Of a stretch of 64,000 nucleotides of DNA, positions 18,410-28,295 are shown piece by piece. The stretch is from an uncultured Verrucomicrobiae bacterium (GTDB lineage Bacteria > Verrucomicrobiota > Verrucomicrobiia > Chthoniobacterales > Terrimicrobiaceae), in NCBI GenBank assembly GCA_963706955.1, contig CAVPOC010000002.1, positions 192,001 to 256,000 of the forward strand, read 5' to 3'. Under the pieces are notes generated by a model. It saw only the letters and a program-made list of their open reading frames with translations, was not told where the DNA came from and made no database searches. Made by a program: the position numbers and the translations under genes. Position 1 is the stretch's first letter, and each line of letters starts with the position of its first letter.

Positions 18410-19153
18410 ATGCGCCTTTCGCACAAGCTCAAGAAGCTGATCAATCGCGACGCTTACGATAGCGCCAAAGCCACGCTCTTGAGACTGTCATATCCGCTCG
18501 ATCCAAAGCCGTTCATCGACGCGATCGATCGCGATGCGTTTAACGCAATCAAGGAGCGCTACTTCAACCCACACGATAGCGTCTCGCCAAAGAAGTATCT
18601 CAATCTGGAGAATTGGATGCGCACCAATGTGAAGCGCGTGCGTGATCTGCGCATCCGAAAGGCTCCTCCGTGCTTACGTATTCTGGACATCGGCTGCGGC
18701 TCGGGATATTTCCTGCACATCACCAAGTGCCTCGGTCATGATGTGCTTGGCATGGACCTGGACAACGAACCGATCTTTCGCGAGACGATTGCGTTGCTCG
18801 GCCTCAAACGAATCATCCACCGGATCGGGGCTTTGCAACGACTTCCGGATACCGGAGCGCCCTTCGATCTGATCACCGCCCACATGACTCGATTCAACTG
18901 GCACGAGGATGAAACCCCTTGGGGAACTGCTGAATGGGAATTCTTCCTCAACGATCTCGCCTCGCGGCTCACATCACGTGGCCGTGTGCAATTCGATCTG
19001 AATGCTCTGCCCGATGGTCGCCACATGGAAGCCGATCTCAGGGAATTCTTCCTGGCCCAGGGAGCACGCATTGACCGTCGGCGAATCCATCTGCAAGCTC
19101 CACTCGCGAAACAACCCCAAAAACTTGGCCGCCTAAAGACCAAGCACGCGTAA
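18410..19153 (+). CDS. Class I SAM-dependent methyltransferase
   Basis: ILDIGCGSG motif I, VLGMD, FDLIT. Confidence 0.85.
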   Translation: MRLSHKLKKLINRDAYDSAKATLLRLSYPLDPKPFIDAIDRDAFNAIKERYFNPHDSVSPKKYLNLENWMRTNVKRVRDLRIRKAPPCLRILDIGCGSGYFLHITKCLGHDVLGMDLDNEPIFRETIALLGLKRIIHRIGALQRLPDTGAPFDLITAHMTRFNWHEDETPWGTAEWEFFLNDLASRLTSRGRVQFDLNALPDGRHMEADLREFFLAQGARIDRRRIHLQAPLAKQPQKLGRLKTKHA

Positions 19154-19184
19154 ACTTCCGGACGAGTGGTCGGGAGGAAGCAGG

Positions 19185-19589
19185 ATGGATCTCAATCTCA
19201 AGATCGCCGGCGTTCATCATGTGGCGATCATCTGCTCAAACTACGAGGAGTCTCGGCACTTCTACAGCGAGATGCTTGGTCTGACGATTGTTTCGGAGAC
19301 GTATCGGGCAGATCGCGATTCCTACAAGATCAACCTGGCACTTCCCGACGGCCGCCAAATCGAGCTCTTTTCATTTCCACAGCCGCCCCCGCGCGCTTCA
19401 TATCCGGAAGCATGTGGATTGCGCCATCTCGCGTTTGCTGTCGGCGATCTCGATGATGCGGTGAACGCTCTTACAGCTCGGGGCATTGCTCTCGAAGAGG
19501 TGCGCATCGATGAGCTCACCGGAAAACGCTTCACGTTCTTTGCAGATCCCGATGGACTCCCTCTCGAACTCTACGAGGAGCGTGGCTGA
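19185..19589 (+). CDS. VOC/glyoxalase family protein (YaeR-like)
   Basis: HHVAIICS…FY…LG, IELF, GLRHLAF, FFADPDGLPLELYE. Confidence 0.9.
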   Translation: MDLNLKIAGVHHVAIICSNYEESRHFYSEMLGLTIVSETYRADRDSYKINLALPDGRQIELFSFPQPPPRASYPEACGLRHLAFAVGDLDDAVNALTARGIALEEVRIDELTGKRFTFFADPDGLPLELYEERG

Positions 19590-19746
19590 GAAGATTTCGC
19601 CGACTCGCAATGATCAAGTTGCTCTCGCTTGCGGCCGGGGCCTGCCTCGAGAATTTCTCAGTCATCTCGCGCGAATCCCGCAGTGATACTGTTGGTGCAC
19701 GGGTCGCCCCGGTGGCTCTGGCTTGTCCGCGTTTTCACAACGAACT

Positions 19747-19804
19747 GTAGCGACGGTGTCCTCACCGCCGAGGGCTCGGTCGGCGATGGGGACATCGCCG
19801 CTAC
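19747..19804. repeat. 58-bp GTAG REP doublet (family 1, copy 1)
   Basis: GTAG-cgacggtg-tcct-caccgccg…cggcgatg-ggga-catcgccg-CTAC. Confidence 0.85.
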
Positions 19805-19827
19805 AGGATTGCGCTGTCAGCCGCGCT

Positions 19828-21207
19828 CTAGAAGTGTATCGCGTGGCCGTGGGAGGCATGGGCGGCCTCGTGGACGGCTTCGCTCAGAGTGGGATGAGCG
19901 TGAATGGTGGCGGTGATTTCCTCGTAAGTTGCCTCCAACGAGATCGCCAGGCCCAGTTCGGCGATCATTTCTGTCGCGTCGGCGCCGATGATGTGGGCGC
20001 CGAGAATTTCGCCATGTGGCTCGCCCACGAGGAGTTTCACGAAACCGTCTGGCTCCCCGACCGCCAGAGCTTTGCCACTCGCCAAAAATGGGAACTTGCC
20101 GACCCGATACTTGAGGCCCTTATCCTTGGCTGCCCGCTCGGTAAGTCCCACGCTCGCGACCTGCGGCTGGCAATAGGTACAGCCGGGAAATGACTCTACT
20201 CTCCGGGGCTTCGTGACACCGAACATACCTTCGACAGCTTGAACTGCCTCAAAGCTGGCCACATGGGCGAGCCAGGGCGGACCGATGATGTCTCCCGCAG
20301 CATAGACTCCCTTTAGGCTCGTTTCGTAGTTTTCGTTCGTCGTGAGCCAACCCTTTGGATCGGTTTCAAGTTTGGCGCCCGCCGGAAGGAGGGGACTGAC
20401 TCCAATCGCCACCAACGCGATGCTGGCCTCGACCGTCTCCGAGCTCTTGCCCGAGAGCGTCAGCTTCACGCCCCGGTTAGTCGTTTCAGCTTTCTCCACC
20501 TTGGTGCCCGCGAGAATCTTGAGCCCCTGCTTGGTAAGAGATTTCTCCAGAGCGACGCTGACCTCGGTATCCTCCACCGGAAGAACGTTCGGCAACATTT
20601 CTATCACCGTCACCTTGGTGCCGAAGGCGTTGAAAAAGTAGGCAAATTCGATGCCGATCGCGCCAGCTCCGATAACAATAATATCCTTGGGCTGCTCGGG
20701 CAACACCATCGCCTGTTTGCTGCCGATGACGGAGGTTCCGTTGAAAGGAAATCCTGGCATCTCTCGGCTCACGACACCGGTGGCGATTAGAATATTCTTG
20801 CCCTTGATCTCCTTCTTCTTCCCGTCCTTGTCAGTCGCCTCAACCACACCGGCCTTGGGAATGGCGGCAGTCCCGCGCAGGTAATCGATCTTGTTCTTCT
20901 TGAAGAGCATCTCGATGCCACCGGCGAGCTTGTCGGCAACTCTCCGGCTGCGGCCGATGATCTTGTCCCATTCGAAACTCACTCCATCGATCTTCAGGCC
21001 GAAATCGCCCGCATGGTGGGTCAGCAGCTGATAAACCTCCGCGTTCTTGAGGAGAGATTTTGTGGGAATACAACCCCAGTTGAGACACGTTCCGCCCGCC
21101 CGATCCATCTCCACGCAGGCGACCTTCTTGCCAAGTTGCCCGGCGCGAATTGCTCCGACATATCCGGCTGGTCCGCCGCCAACAACAATCAAATCATAAT
21201 CGGCCAT
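19828..21207 (-). CDS. lpdA: Dihydrolipoamide dehydrogenase (E3)
   Basis: GGGPAGY, GGTCLNWGCIPTK, GAGAIG, HAHPTLSE. Confidence 0.97.
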   Translation of the reverse strand: MADYDLIVVGGGPAGYVGAIRAGQLGKKVACVEMDRAGGTCLNWGCIPTKSLLKNAEVYQLLTHHAGDFGLKIDGVSFEWDKIIGRSRRVADKLAGGIEMLFKKNKIDYLRGTAAIPKAGVVEATDKDGKKKEIKGKNILIATGVVSREMPGFPFNGTSVIGSKQAMVLPEQPKDIIVIGAGAIGIEFAYFFNAFGTKVTVIEMLPNVLPVEDTEVSVALEKSLTKQGLKILAGTKVEKAETTNRGVKLTLSGKSSETVEASIALVAIGVSPLLPAGAKLETDPKGWLTTNENYETSLKGVYAAGDIIGPPWLAHVASFEAVQAVEGMFGVTKPRRVESFPGCTYCQPQVASVGLTERAAKDKGLKYRVGKFPFLASGKALAVGEPDGFVKLLVGEPHGEILGAHIIGADATEMIAELGLAISLEATYEEITATIHAHPTLSEAVHEAAHASHGHAIHF

Positions 21208-21335
21208 AACATCATTCTAGTGTTCCGACAGATTGATCAGAATTCCGCCACCAGGGCAAACGAATCTCTTCCGGCGCAGGCGGTTGTTTCCGCCGATGCT
21301 GCGCTTGCGCGCGCACGAACTAGTCGCGCGCCTAG

Positions 21336-21692
21336 GAGACTGTTGAAAAACTCACGTATGCCACGTTGCTGCCAATTTTCGGAAGATCGCAAGGAGCCAA
21401 GCGCAGGCTTGATGGGGTTGCGGGGACCCCATCTCCCCGCAAGCCGCAGTGCTACGGACAAGCTTGGCGACACCGCGAGGGCCAAAAATTAGCGCAACCC
21501 TGGTGGGAAGAAAGGGTCCCACCCCTTTCTGGGCGCGAACTCTTTGGGGCACCTTGGAAGGGTGAGGGGCCCCTTCCCCTCACGGGCGTCGCTCCTCAGT
21601 TACAGCCCCTTGAGGGGATGCTCCTTCGTCGCTTCACCGATATCTACCCCAAAGAGCTCGCGCGTGACATGCGTGAGTTCTTCAACAGTCTC
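21336..21692. mobile_element. MITE (non-autonomous IS derivative), 357 bp, 30-bp terminal inverted repeats, CTAG flanking duplication
   Basis: Left end gagactgttgaaaaactcacgtatgccacg versus reverse complement of right end gagactgttgaagaactcacgcatgtcacg (27/30); CTAG at 21332-21335 and 21693-21696; no transposase ORF. Confidence 0.88.
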
Positions 21693-22520
21693 CTAGGAGG
21701 CCGAGGGGCTTGCTTGCTGCGTTTTGCGAATCGCTTCTTTGATGCGTTCGACCCGGTTGTCCGGGTCGGGGTGCGTGCTGAGAAACTCAGGCGGCGCGCG
21801 CCCGGCCGCGGCTTTCTTGAGCACTTCCATGACGCGAATGAGCGCATTCGGATCGTAGCCGGCTCGGATCATAAAGCGCACGCCCAATTGATCGGACTCG
21901 AGCTCGTCCCCGCGACCGTAAGCCGTGTTCTTTAACTGGCTGACGAATTGCGCAAGCTGGCCTGCGGTCATGCCATAGTCGGCTCCTCCGGCCATGACCA
22001 CGGCGTTCACCAACCCCTGACTAAGCTGAGCCTTGGCCATCTGCTCATTCGAGTGCCGCCCGACGACATGCCCGATCTCGTGTCCGAGGACGCCCGCCAC
22101 TTCGTCCTCGGTGTCCAGCAATTTCAGCAATCCAAAAGTGATGAATATCTGCCCGCCAGGAAGAGCAAAGGCGTTGACCGTCTCCGGGTCAGCCAGAAGG
22201 TGAAACTGGAAGTAGTAGGGGGTTTGATTGATCTCAGGACTGGCTTGAACGATTTTTTCTCCGACGCTTGTGACGAGATTTTGATAGCGTTCGTCCGGAT
22301 ACAAACCGCCATGCTGCCGAGCCATCTCGGGTGCAGAGTTCAGGCCGAGCGCTATCTCCTCCTTCGGGCTCAGGGCAACTCGCTGGACACGCCCGGTGAC
22401 AGGATTCTGGAACTTCTCGGTTCCGACGTAGTAGCTAATAATGGCGAAGAGGGCCAGCAGGATTCCGATGGTTAATCGACCCCCGCAACCTGGCTGACCT
22501 CTGGAGATTCGATATGCCAT
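21693..22520 (-). CDS. M48 family zinc metallopeptidase
   Basis: NAFALPGG, HEIGH, ELESD, FLSTHP…R. Confidence 0.92.
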   Translation of the reverse strand: MAYRISRGQPGCGGRLTIGILLALFAIISYYVGTEKFQNPVTGRVQRVALSPKEEIALGLNSAPEMARQHGGLYPDERYQNLVTSVGEKIVQASPEINQTPYYFQFHLLADPETVNAFALPGGQIFITFGLLKLLDTEDEVAGVLGHEIGHVVGRHSNEQMAKAQLSQGLVNAVVMAGGADYGMTAGQLAQFVSQLKNTAYGRGDELESDQLGVRFMIRAGYDPNALIRVMEVLKKAAAGRAPPEFLSTHPDPDNRVERIKEAIRKTQQASPSAS

Positions 22521-22591
22521 AGTTCTGGAGAAAACGAGTAGCGCCGGGGATCTCTTGCTTCTCGCAGATTAAAGCACTTAGCAGAGAACCG

Positions 22592-23737
22592 CTAAAGGAT
22601 TTTTTCCAACAACGGCCGCAATACCTGTTGCGGTGAAAAGGTGGTGTCGGCTAATGACTGCGCCGCGCGCGAGTGAATGTCATACTCGTTCTCGATGGTA
22701 GAGATCGCCCGAGCACAATCCTCGACATCGTGGAAGATCAACATGCCGGGTGCAGGCGCCATCGCTTCCGTCCAACCGGTATCTTGGAAGACAACCGGTC
22801 TGCCGAGCGCCAAGTAAACGACGCTGCGGTCGCTCATCCAACCGGTCCGCGAGACGACATAGCCTTCCTTGGCGATGCCAATCTCACCGCGACTTTGCGC
22901 GATAAACCGCAAATACGACGAAACGGACCTGCAAACCTCAGACGCTCGAATGATTTGCCAGCCCGCTTCGCGAAAAGCGATGTAATCGTCCCAGCCAGGT
23001 GGCAAATCGGTCGCGATAACGCAGGGTTTCTCAAGATGTTGAGGAAGTAATCGCATCGACATCAGGCTTTCGCGCTTTCCGGCGTACCTTCGTCCGTTCC
23101 ATTCCATGTCATTGTAGCCATACCAGTGCGCCACCGTCGTCCAGGCGGATCCGCGGGAATCGTCCGGGAACGTGCCCAATTTTTGACGCCAAAAACTTGC
23201 CACGACGGGCGGCAGAACTGAAATCCACTCCCGCTCGAGCTTGGGAATAAGAGCCTCCGGCGAATTCATCGCTGTTCCCACCGTGAGAAACACATCGTGG
23301 CCATCCAGATTCATGTCGCTCCCAAAAACCTCGACCCACAGCTGCGTAAAAGCGGGATCGACATCGAGATAGGCCTTGACCGTCCGCGGTCCGAAGAGAT
23401 CGAGCGCCTTGAATTGCCCCGAGTAGTTGACGAAGAGATCGGCGCCCGAGGCAAATTCGCGAAAAGCTTCCGAGCTCGTCGACTGCCCGTCGATCAACAA
23501 GCATTCCCGCCCGTGAAAGTCGAATTCTTCGACAATAGCCCTCCAAAACTCCTCCTGCGGGCTGGCGAGACCGTCCGCGGCAGGGGGGCTTAGTTCAGCC
23601 GCGCCGATTGCGTCCACGATCCAAACTTCACACCCTAGCTCGCGCAGGCCGAGTGCCCAATGCATGATCGAGCAGACATGGCCTGCGGAGGCATCATGCC
23701 AACGGGCAAAAACAACACCTACCACAATTTTTGGCAT
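22592..23737 (-). CDS. Glycosyltransferase-like (GT-B type) hypothetical protein
   Basis: C-terminal GEIGIAKEGYVVSRTGWMSDRSVVYLALGRPVVFQDTG resembles a GT-B nucleotide-sugar binding region; start taken at MPKIVVG. Confidence 0.55.
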   Translation of the reverse strand: MPKIVVGVVFARWHDASAGHVCSIMHWALGLRELGCEVWIVDAIGAAELSPPAADGLASPQEEFWRAIVEEFDFHGRECLLIDGQSTSSEAFREFASGADLFVNYSGQFKALDLFGPRTVKAYLDVDPAFTQLWVEVFGSDMNLDGHDVFLTVGTAMNSPEALIPKLEREWISVLPPVVASFWRQKLGTFPDDSRGSAWTTVAHWYGYNDMEWNGRRYAGKRESLMSMRLLPQHLEKPCVIATDLPPGWDDYIAFREAGWQIIRASEVCRSVSSYLRFIAQSRGEIGIAKEGYVVSRTGWMSDRSVVYLALGRPVVFQDTGWTEAMAPAPGMLIFHDVEDCARAISTIENEYDIHSRAAQSLADTTFSPQQVLRPLLEKIL

Positions 23738-24044
23738 CCCATTCACCTCACTACCTTCTGCACAACACCAGCGATAGCGAAAGGAGAATTCCTGGTCAGA
23801 GATTGCCCTCGGATGGATCCGGGGGCGGGAGGGGCTCAGTGGCGAGCGTGTCCCTACGGTCGACGGAGCTCCCTGTGGAGGCTCACCTCGGAGCGCCCTG
23901 GCGGGAACACCGCCGCGACGACGCGAGCTGTCTGCCCGCACTGCAAGAAATCACACGCCGAGATCGGAGGAGTTGTCGGGACGCCTCTACAATCTTCAAA
24001 TTGATTTGCAGCGAGTTTTGTAAGCTAAGACGCCCGGATCTGAT

Positions 24045-24962
24045 CTAAGGATCGTGCTCTACGCGGAGCTGCCGAGGATGTTCCAACTCGATCTGCGGGA
24101 TGTTTCGGAAGAGCGTGACCGTTCCTTCAAGAACCACGAATTTGCCGGGCAGCTCCGACTTCAAGCCGCTCGGAAAACGCTCCAAAAAGCGATGGAGAAA
24201 CTTTTCCCGCACAATGCCGACGAAACCGTTGCGGTCAGGGTTGCCGCTGAAGTTGATGAATGTCATGCGACCGGAAAGCCTCCCGACACGGGATACGCGC
24301 CCACGAACTTTGAGATACCTGCCGGCGTTCGTAAGGAGCCTTTCGTGATCGGTTGCCTCGACGATTGCGGCGACAGGGTCGGTCATCCTGGAGCTCGCGA
24401 TTCCCCAAGCTCCACGCTTCTTTCCCCTCGCCTCTCGCTCAACCATTCTGAGATGGGCGGAGAACTCGCTGGTCCTTCTTCCATCCGGATGATCAGAGAC
24501 CGCTTTCGCACCATGCCGTATGATCGCTAATCCCTCAGCAACCAGGAGGGTCGAGAGATCGTCACCATTTGCCGTCTGGACGAAAGCGCGGATGGCCGGA
24601 TTGCCGCTATCGACATCGACTGGCTGCCACCGCGTATAAACGACGAAAGGGTCACGCAGCTGGGCCCTTGTAAAGGCGCTCGCCATATAGGCCGCTCTCA
24701 GCCCCGCAGTCTCTGCTGTTTCCTCCAGCCCAAAATAGCGCGACTGTGCGGCCCGGCGAGCGCGCGAGTCGGGATTGCGTTCTACACAGTCGACGAAGTA
24801 TAGCCGGAAGATGTAGCGCTTGCCGTCTCGCAAAATCTCGATGCTGTCGCCATCGCTGTGTGAGCCCTCGTGAAACTCGCAGTCGGTCAGTTTCTCCCAG
24901 CCACGAGCAAACAATGGGGAAACGACGAGTGCCCAGACGAGCGCAAAGGCCAGTCGCCGCAT
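24045..24962 (-). CDS. Exported thermonuclease (SNase-like) protein with C-terminal OB-fold
   Basis: Signal peptide, DGDSI, RLYFVDCVE, LVAEGLA, EREARGKKRGAW; C-terminal VRGRV…TFINF…EGTVTLFRNIPQIEL. Confidence 0.75.
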   Translation of the reverse strand: MRRLAFALVWALVVSPLFARGWEKLTDCEFHEGSHSDGDSIEILRDGKRYIFRLYFVDCVERNPDSRARRAAQSRYFGLEETAETAGLRAAYMASAFTRAQLRDPFVVYTRWQPVDVDSGNPAIRAFVQTANGDDLSTLLVAEGLAIIRHGAKAVSDHPDGRRTSEFSAHLRMVEREARGKKRGAWGIASSRMTDPVAAIVEATDHERLLTNAGRYLKVRGRVSRVGRLSGRMTFINFSGNPDRNGFVGIVREKFLHRFLERFPSGLKSELPGKFVVLEGTVTLFRNIPQIELEHPRQLRVEHDP

Positions 24963-24963
24963 C

Positions 24964-25725
24964 TTAAATGCCAGGGCTCGAGAGCGAGAGTTCGACAGCT
25001 CTAGGCCAGATCTCGCTGATATTTCCCTCGCGCCGAATCGTAACCTCCGGCAAGCCATCGTGCTCCGTAGGGCCGTTGTTGATGATCGCGTAGGGAACGC
25101 CGCGCCGCGCCGCAGTAAGTGGAACCGCTGCGGCCGGATAGACGGAAAGAGTTGAACCAAGCGCAACCACCGCGTCACAACTCATCGCCGCGATTTCCGC
25201 GGCCGCCAAAGTCTTCGAGTCAAGGTCCTGTCCAAAACTGATGGTTGCGGACTTAAGCCATCCCGCACAATGCGGACATCGCGGAGGCCGTGTCGTCGCC
25301 GCAAAGGAATCAAAGAGGGGCTGCGGCTCAAAACGCCTCTTGCAGGTAAGGCATTCAATCCACCGATTTGTCCCATGTAGTTCGATGACGAGCTCTTCCG
25401 AAAGCCCTGCCTTTTGATGCAGCCCGTCAATATTCTGGGTAACGACGGCCAGCAGTTTTCCAGTCTTCTGGAGGTTCACGATGGCGCGGTGCGCGACATT
25501 TGGTTCCGCGTCCCGCATCGAAGGCCATGACTCGAGTTTGTAATCCCAGTATTCGACGCGAGCCTCCTCTGAGGTGAGGAACTCGGAATAATAGACCGGC
25601 CGCCGCGTCTTCCAAATTCCCTGGGGCCCGCGAAAATCCGGAATCCCGCTGCTCGTCGAGATCCCGGCACCCGTAAAAACTAAAAGGCGCTCCGCACGAT
25701 TCAGCAAGGCGGCGAGGTCATCCAT
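24964..25725 (-). CDS. cobB: NAD-dependent protein deacylase (Sir2/CobB family)
   Basis: TGAGISTSSGIPDFRG, TQNIDGLHQKAG, ELHG, CxxC…CxxC, GSTLSVYPAA. Confidence 0.93.
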   Translation of the reverse strand: MDDLAALLNRAERLLVFTGAGISTSSGIPDFRGPQGIWKTRRPVYYSEFLTSEEARVEYWDYKLESWPSMRDAEPNVAHRAIVNLQKTGKLLAVVTQNIDGLHQKAGLSEELVIELHGTNRWIECLTCKRRFEPQPLFDSFAATTRPPRCPHCAGWLKSATISFGQDLDSKTLAAAEIAAMSCDAVVALGSTLSVYPAAAVPLTAARRGVPYAIINNGPTEHDGLPEVTIRREGNISEIWPRAVELSLSSPGI

Positions 25726-25992
25726 GGGCTTCGACCGAAGATCAGTGGATTTTCCGTCGTCTCGACATCAAAGAAGAGGCGACGAACAAAATCAGAAACG
25801 ACATGGTCCGAGCGGACGAGTTCTCGGGGCGTTTGTGTCACGCGCCTCTACCAATTTTTGGATTCATGGTAGCCGCTATGTGATTGCGTAGGGTGCCGCA
25901 AAAAGGGTCGCTTGGAGGTGGCCAGCGGCTCGTCCACGCCTGTTTCATGAATCCACCGTTCACGAGGGGAGCGCCGCTGCGATCGATTCTGG

Positions 25993-27246
25993 TCAGAACA
26001 GCATCAAGGCAGGGTTCTCAATCAATTTGCGGAGGGTTCCGAGATATTCGGCTCCGACGGCTCCGTCGACGACGCGGTGATCGCAGCTCAGCGAAACGCT
26101 CATGCGCTCTCCGACGACAATCTCGCCTTTGGCATTGACGACTGGCTTTTTCACGATCGCTCCGACCGCCAATATCGCTGCTTGGGGAGGATTGATAATG
26201 GCGAAGAACTGCTCGATGCCATAGGCACCTAAAGTCGAGAGGGTGATGGTGCCACCTGCATATTCTTCGGGTTTAAGTTTCTTATCTCGTGCGCGCTTGG
26301 CGAGGTCCTTGACGGTTGCGCTGATCTCCTTAAGCGAGAGCTTGTCAGCGTTTCTGATCACCGGCGTGACCAATCCTTCATCGACAGCGACGGCGACGGA
26401 AATGTTCACACTGCCATACTGGATGATGGCATCTCCCGCCCAGGAAGCATTGATGTAGGGATGCGAGCTGGCCGCCCGGGCAACGGCGAGCAAGACAAAG
26501 TCATTGACCGTCAGCTTGGGCAACCCGGCTGCTTCGTTCGCGCTGTTGAGTTCTTTGCGCAGGCGCATTAACGAGCCCGCATCAACTTCGATCGAAAGAT
26601 AGAAGTGGGGAAACTGTGTCTTGCTCTCCAGCAGGCGCTGGGCGATGACTCGCCGCATGCCCGTGAGCGGGACACGCTTGTCACCCTCGCCCGCGGCAGC
26701 CTGGATCTTCGGAGCGGCCGCTGGCGCAGCAGATGCCGGAGCGGCAGCGGCCGGAGCCGCGCCCTCCGCGGGGATGTCCTTGGCAACAATGCGCCCGCCT
26801 GGCCCGGAACCCTGGATCCCGTCAAGACCGACTCCACGCTCGGCCGCGATTTTCTTCGCGAGCGGCGAAGCCTTTACACGCTCTCCGCTCGGGGCGGCCG
26901 GTGCGGGCGCCGCCGCGGATAGCGGAGCGGCTTTGCTCTCCGCGGGTTGTGCAGTCGGGGCCGCCTCCGCCTTGGCAGCCGGTGCCGCCTCTGCGCCATC
27001 GGGCGATTCCCCCTCGGCCAGGACCAACGCGATCTTCTCTCCGACTTTGGCGACGCCTCCATCGGGCACATAGATCTCTTTGAGAACGCCATCATCAAAC
27101 GCCTCCATTTCCATCGTCGCCTTGTCGGTTTCGACCTCGGCGAGGATGTCCCCAGTCTCTATGGTGTCACCCTGTTTCTTTTTCCAACGCGCGATGGTTC
27201 CTTCGACCATCGTGTCGCTCAGCTTGGGCATGGTGATGATAGGCAT
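25993..27246 (-). CDS. pdhC: Pyruvate dehydrogenase E2, dihydrolipoamide acetyltransferase
   Basis: Lipoyl ETDKATM, E3-binding ASPLAKKIA…GSGPGGRI, catalytic DHRVVDG. Confidence 0.96.
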   Translation of the reverse strand: MPIITMPKLSDTMVEGTIARWKKKQGDTIETGDILAEVETDKATMEMEAFDDGVLKEIYVPDGGVAKVGEKIALVLAEGESPDGAEAAPAAKAEAAPTAQPAESKAAPLSAAAPAPAAPSGERVKASPLAKKIAAERGVGLDGIQGSGPGGRIVAKDIPAEGAAPAAAAPASAAPAAAPKIQAAAGEGDKRVPLTGMRRVIAQRLLESKTQFPHFYLSIEVDAGSLMRLRKELNSANEAAGLPKLTVNDFVLLAVARAASSHPYINASWAGDAIIQYGSVNISVAVAVDEGLVTPVIRNADKLSLKEISATVKDLAKRARDKKLKPEEYAGGTITLSTLGAYGIEQFFAIINPPQAAILAVGAIVKKPVVNAKGEIVVGERMSVSLSCDHRVVDGAVGAEYLGTLRKLIENPALMLF

Positions 27247-27272
27247 ACGATTTTGAGGGGTTCAGACTACGA

Positions 27273-28247
27273 TCAGCAAACCTCGAGCACTTTCGAGACA
27301 ACCCTTTGTGGGGTGGGCAGCTGGAGGGGTTCCACCGCCGGGGAATAGATCGCCGGGGCGTCGAGCGATCCTACGCGCCGCACCGGAGCATCGAGTTCGT
27401 CGAAGGCGTTCTCCATGATGATGGTGGAAATTTGGGAAGAGACGCCGCAAAAGGCCTTGTTTTCATCCACCAAGACGGCGCGATGAGTCTTCCGCACGGA
27501 ATTGAGAACGGCATCCTGATCGAGCGGACGGATCGAGCGCAAATCAACTACTTCCGCGTTGATCTTGTGCTCAGCCTCGAGGATTTCGGCGGCCTTCAGG
27601 GCAATGAGAGCTGACCGCCCGTGCGCGATCAAAGAAATATCGGTGCCCTCACGCTTCACATCCGCGACGCCCAGCGGAATCAAGTATTCTTCCTCGGGCA
27701 CCTCGCCCCGCTCGCCATAAAGAAGTGTGTTCTCCATAAACATGACCGGATCGTTGTCCCGAATGGAGGATTTCATCAGCCCCTTGGCGTCGTAAGCTGT
27801 CGCCGGACAAACGACCTTGAGCCCTGGAATAGCTGCGAACCAATTCTCCGGCGTGTGCGAGTGAGTGGCTCCCACGTTTGTGCCGCCGTTAGCCGGACCG
27901 CGAATGACGATCGGACAATTGATCAACCCGCCGCTCATATACCGAATCTGGCCAGCGTTGTTGACGATCTGGTCGTAGGCGACGGTCGCAAAACTCCAAA
28001 ACATGATCTCGATCACGGGCCGCAGGCCAAGCATCGAAGCTCCAACTCCCATGCCGATGAACGCTGCTTCGCTGATCGGGGTATCCACGACACGTTTGTC
28101 CCCGAATCGTTTCCACAGTCCGCGCGTCACCTTGTAAGCGCCATCATACTGCGCCACCTCCTCGCCGATGAGAACGACATTGGGATCGCGTTCGATTTCC
28201 TCGGCAAATGCCTGGTTGAGCGCGTCGCGATATTCGATAAGGGCCAT
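27273..28247 (-). CDS. pdhB: Pyruvate dehydrogenase E1 beta subunit
   Basis: GEEVAQYDGAYKVT, DTPISE, DLRSIRPLD. Confidence 0.96.
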   Translation of the reverse strand: MALIEYRDALNQAFAEEIERDPNVVLIGEEVAQYDGAYKVTRGLWKRFGDKRVVDTPISEAAFIGMGVGASMLGLRPVIEIMFWSFATVAYDQIVNNAGQIRYMSGGLINCPIVIRGPANGGTNVGATHSHTPENWFAAIPGLKVVCPATAYDAKGLMKSSIRDNDPVMFMENTLLYGERGEVPEEEYLIPLGVADVKREGTDISLIAHGRSALIALKAAEILEAEHKINAEVVDLRSIRPLDQDAVLNSVRKTHRAVLVDENKAFCGVSSQISTIIMENAFDELDAPVRRVGSLDAPAIYSPAVEPLQLPTPQRVVSKVLEVC

Positions 28248-28295
28248 AATTCGAAGAAATGCTGAATTTTTGGGGGGTGAGCTCGACCGGCAAGC

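Noticed and set aside
21366..21935. 189-aa ORF across the MITE as a possible transposase
   Set aside because: No DDE or HUH motifs; it runs out of the element into the antisense strand of the M48 gene.
24045..25725. Sir2 + nuclease as an anti-phage (Thoeris/DSR/Sir2-HerA-like) system
   Set aside because: The Sir2 is a classical zinc-binding CobB-type deacylase and the nuclease has a signal peptide; there are no defence-island hallmarks.
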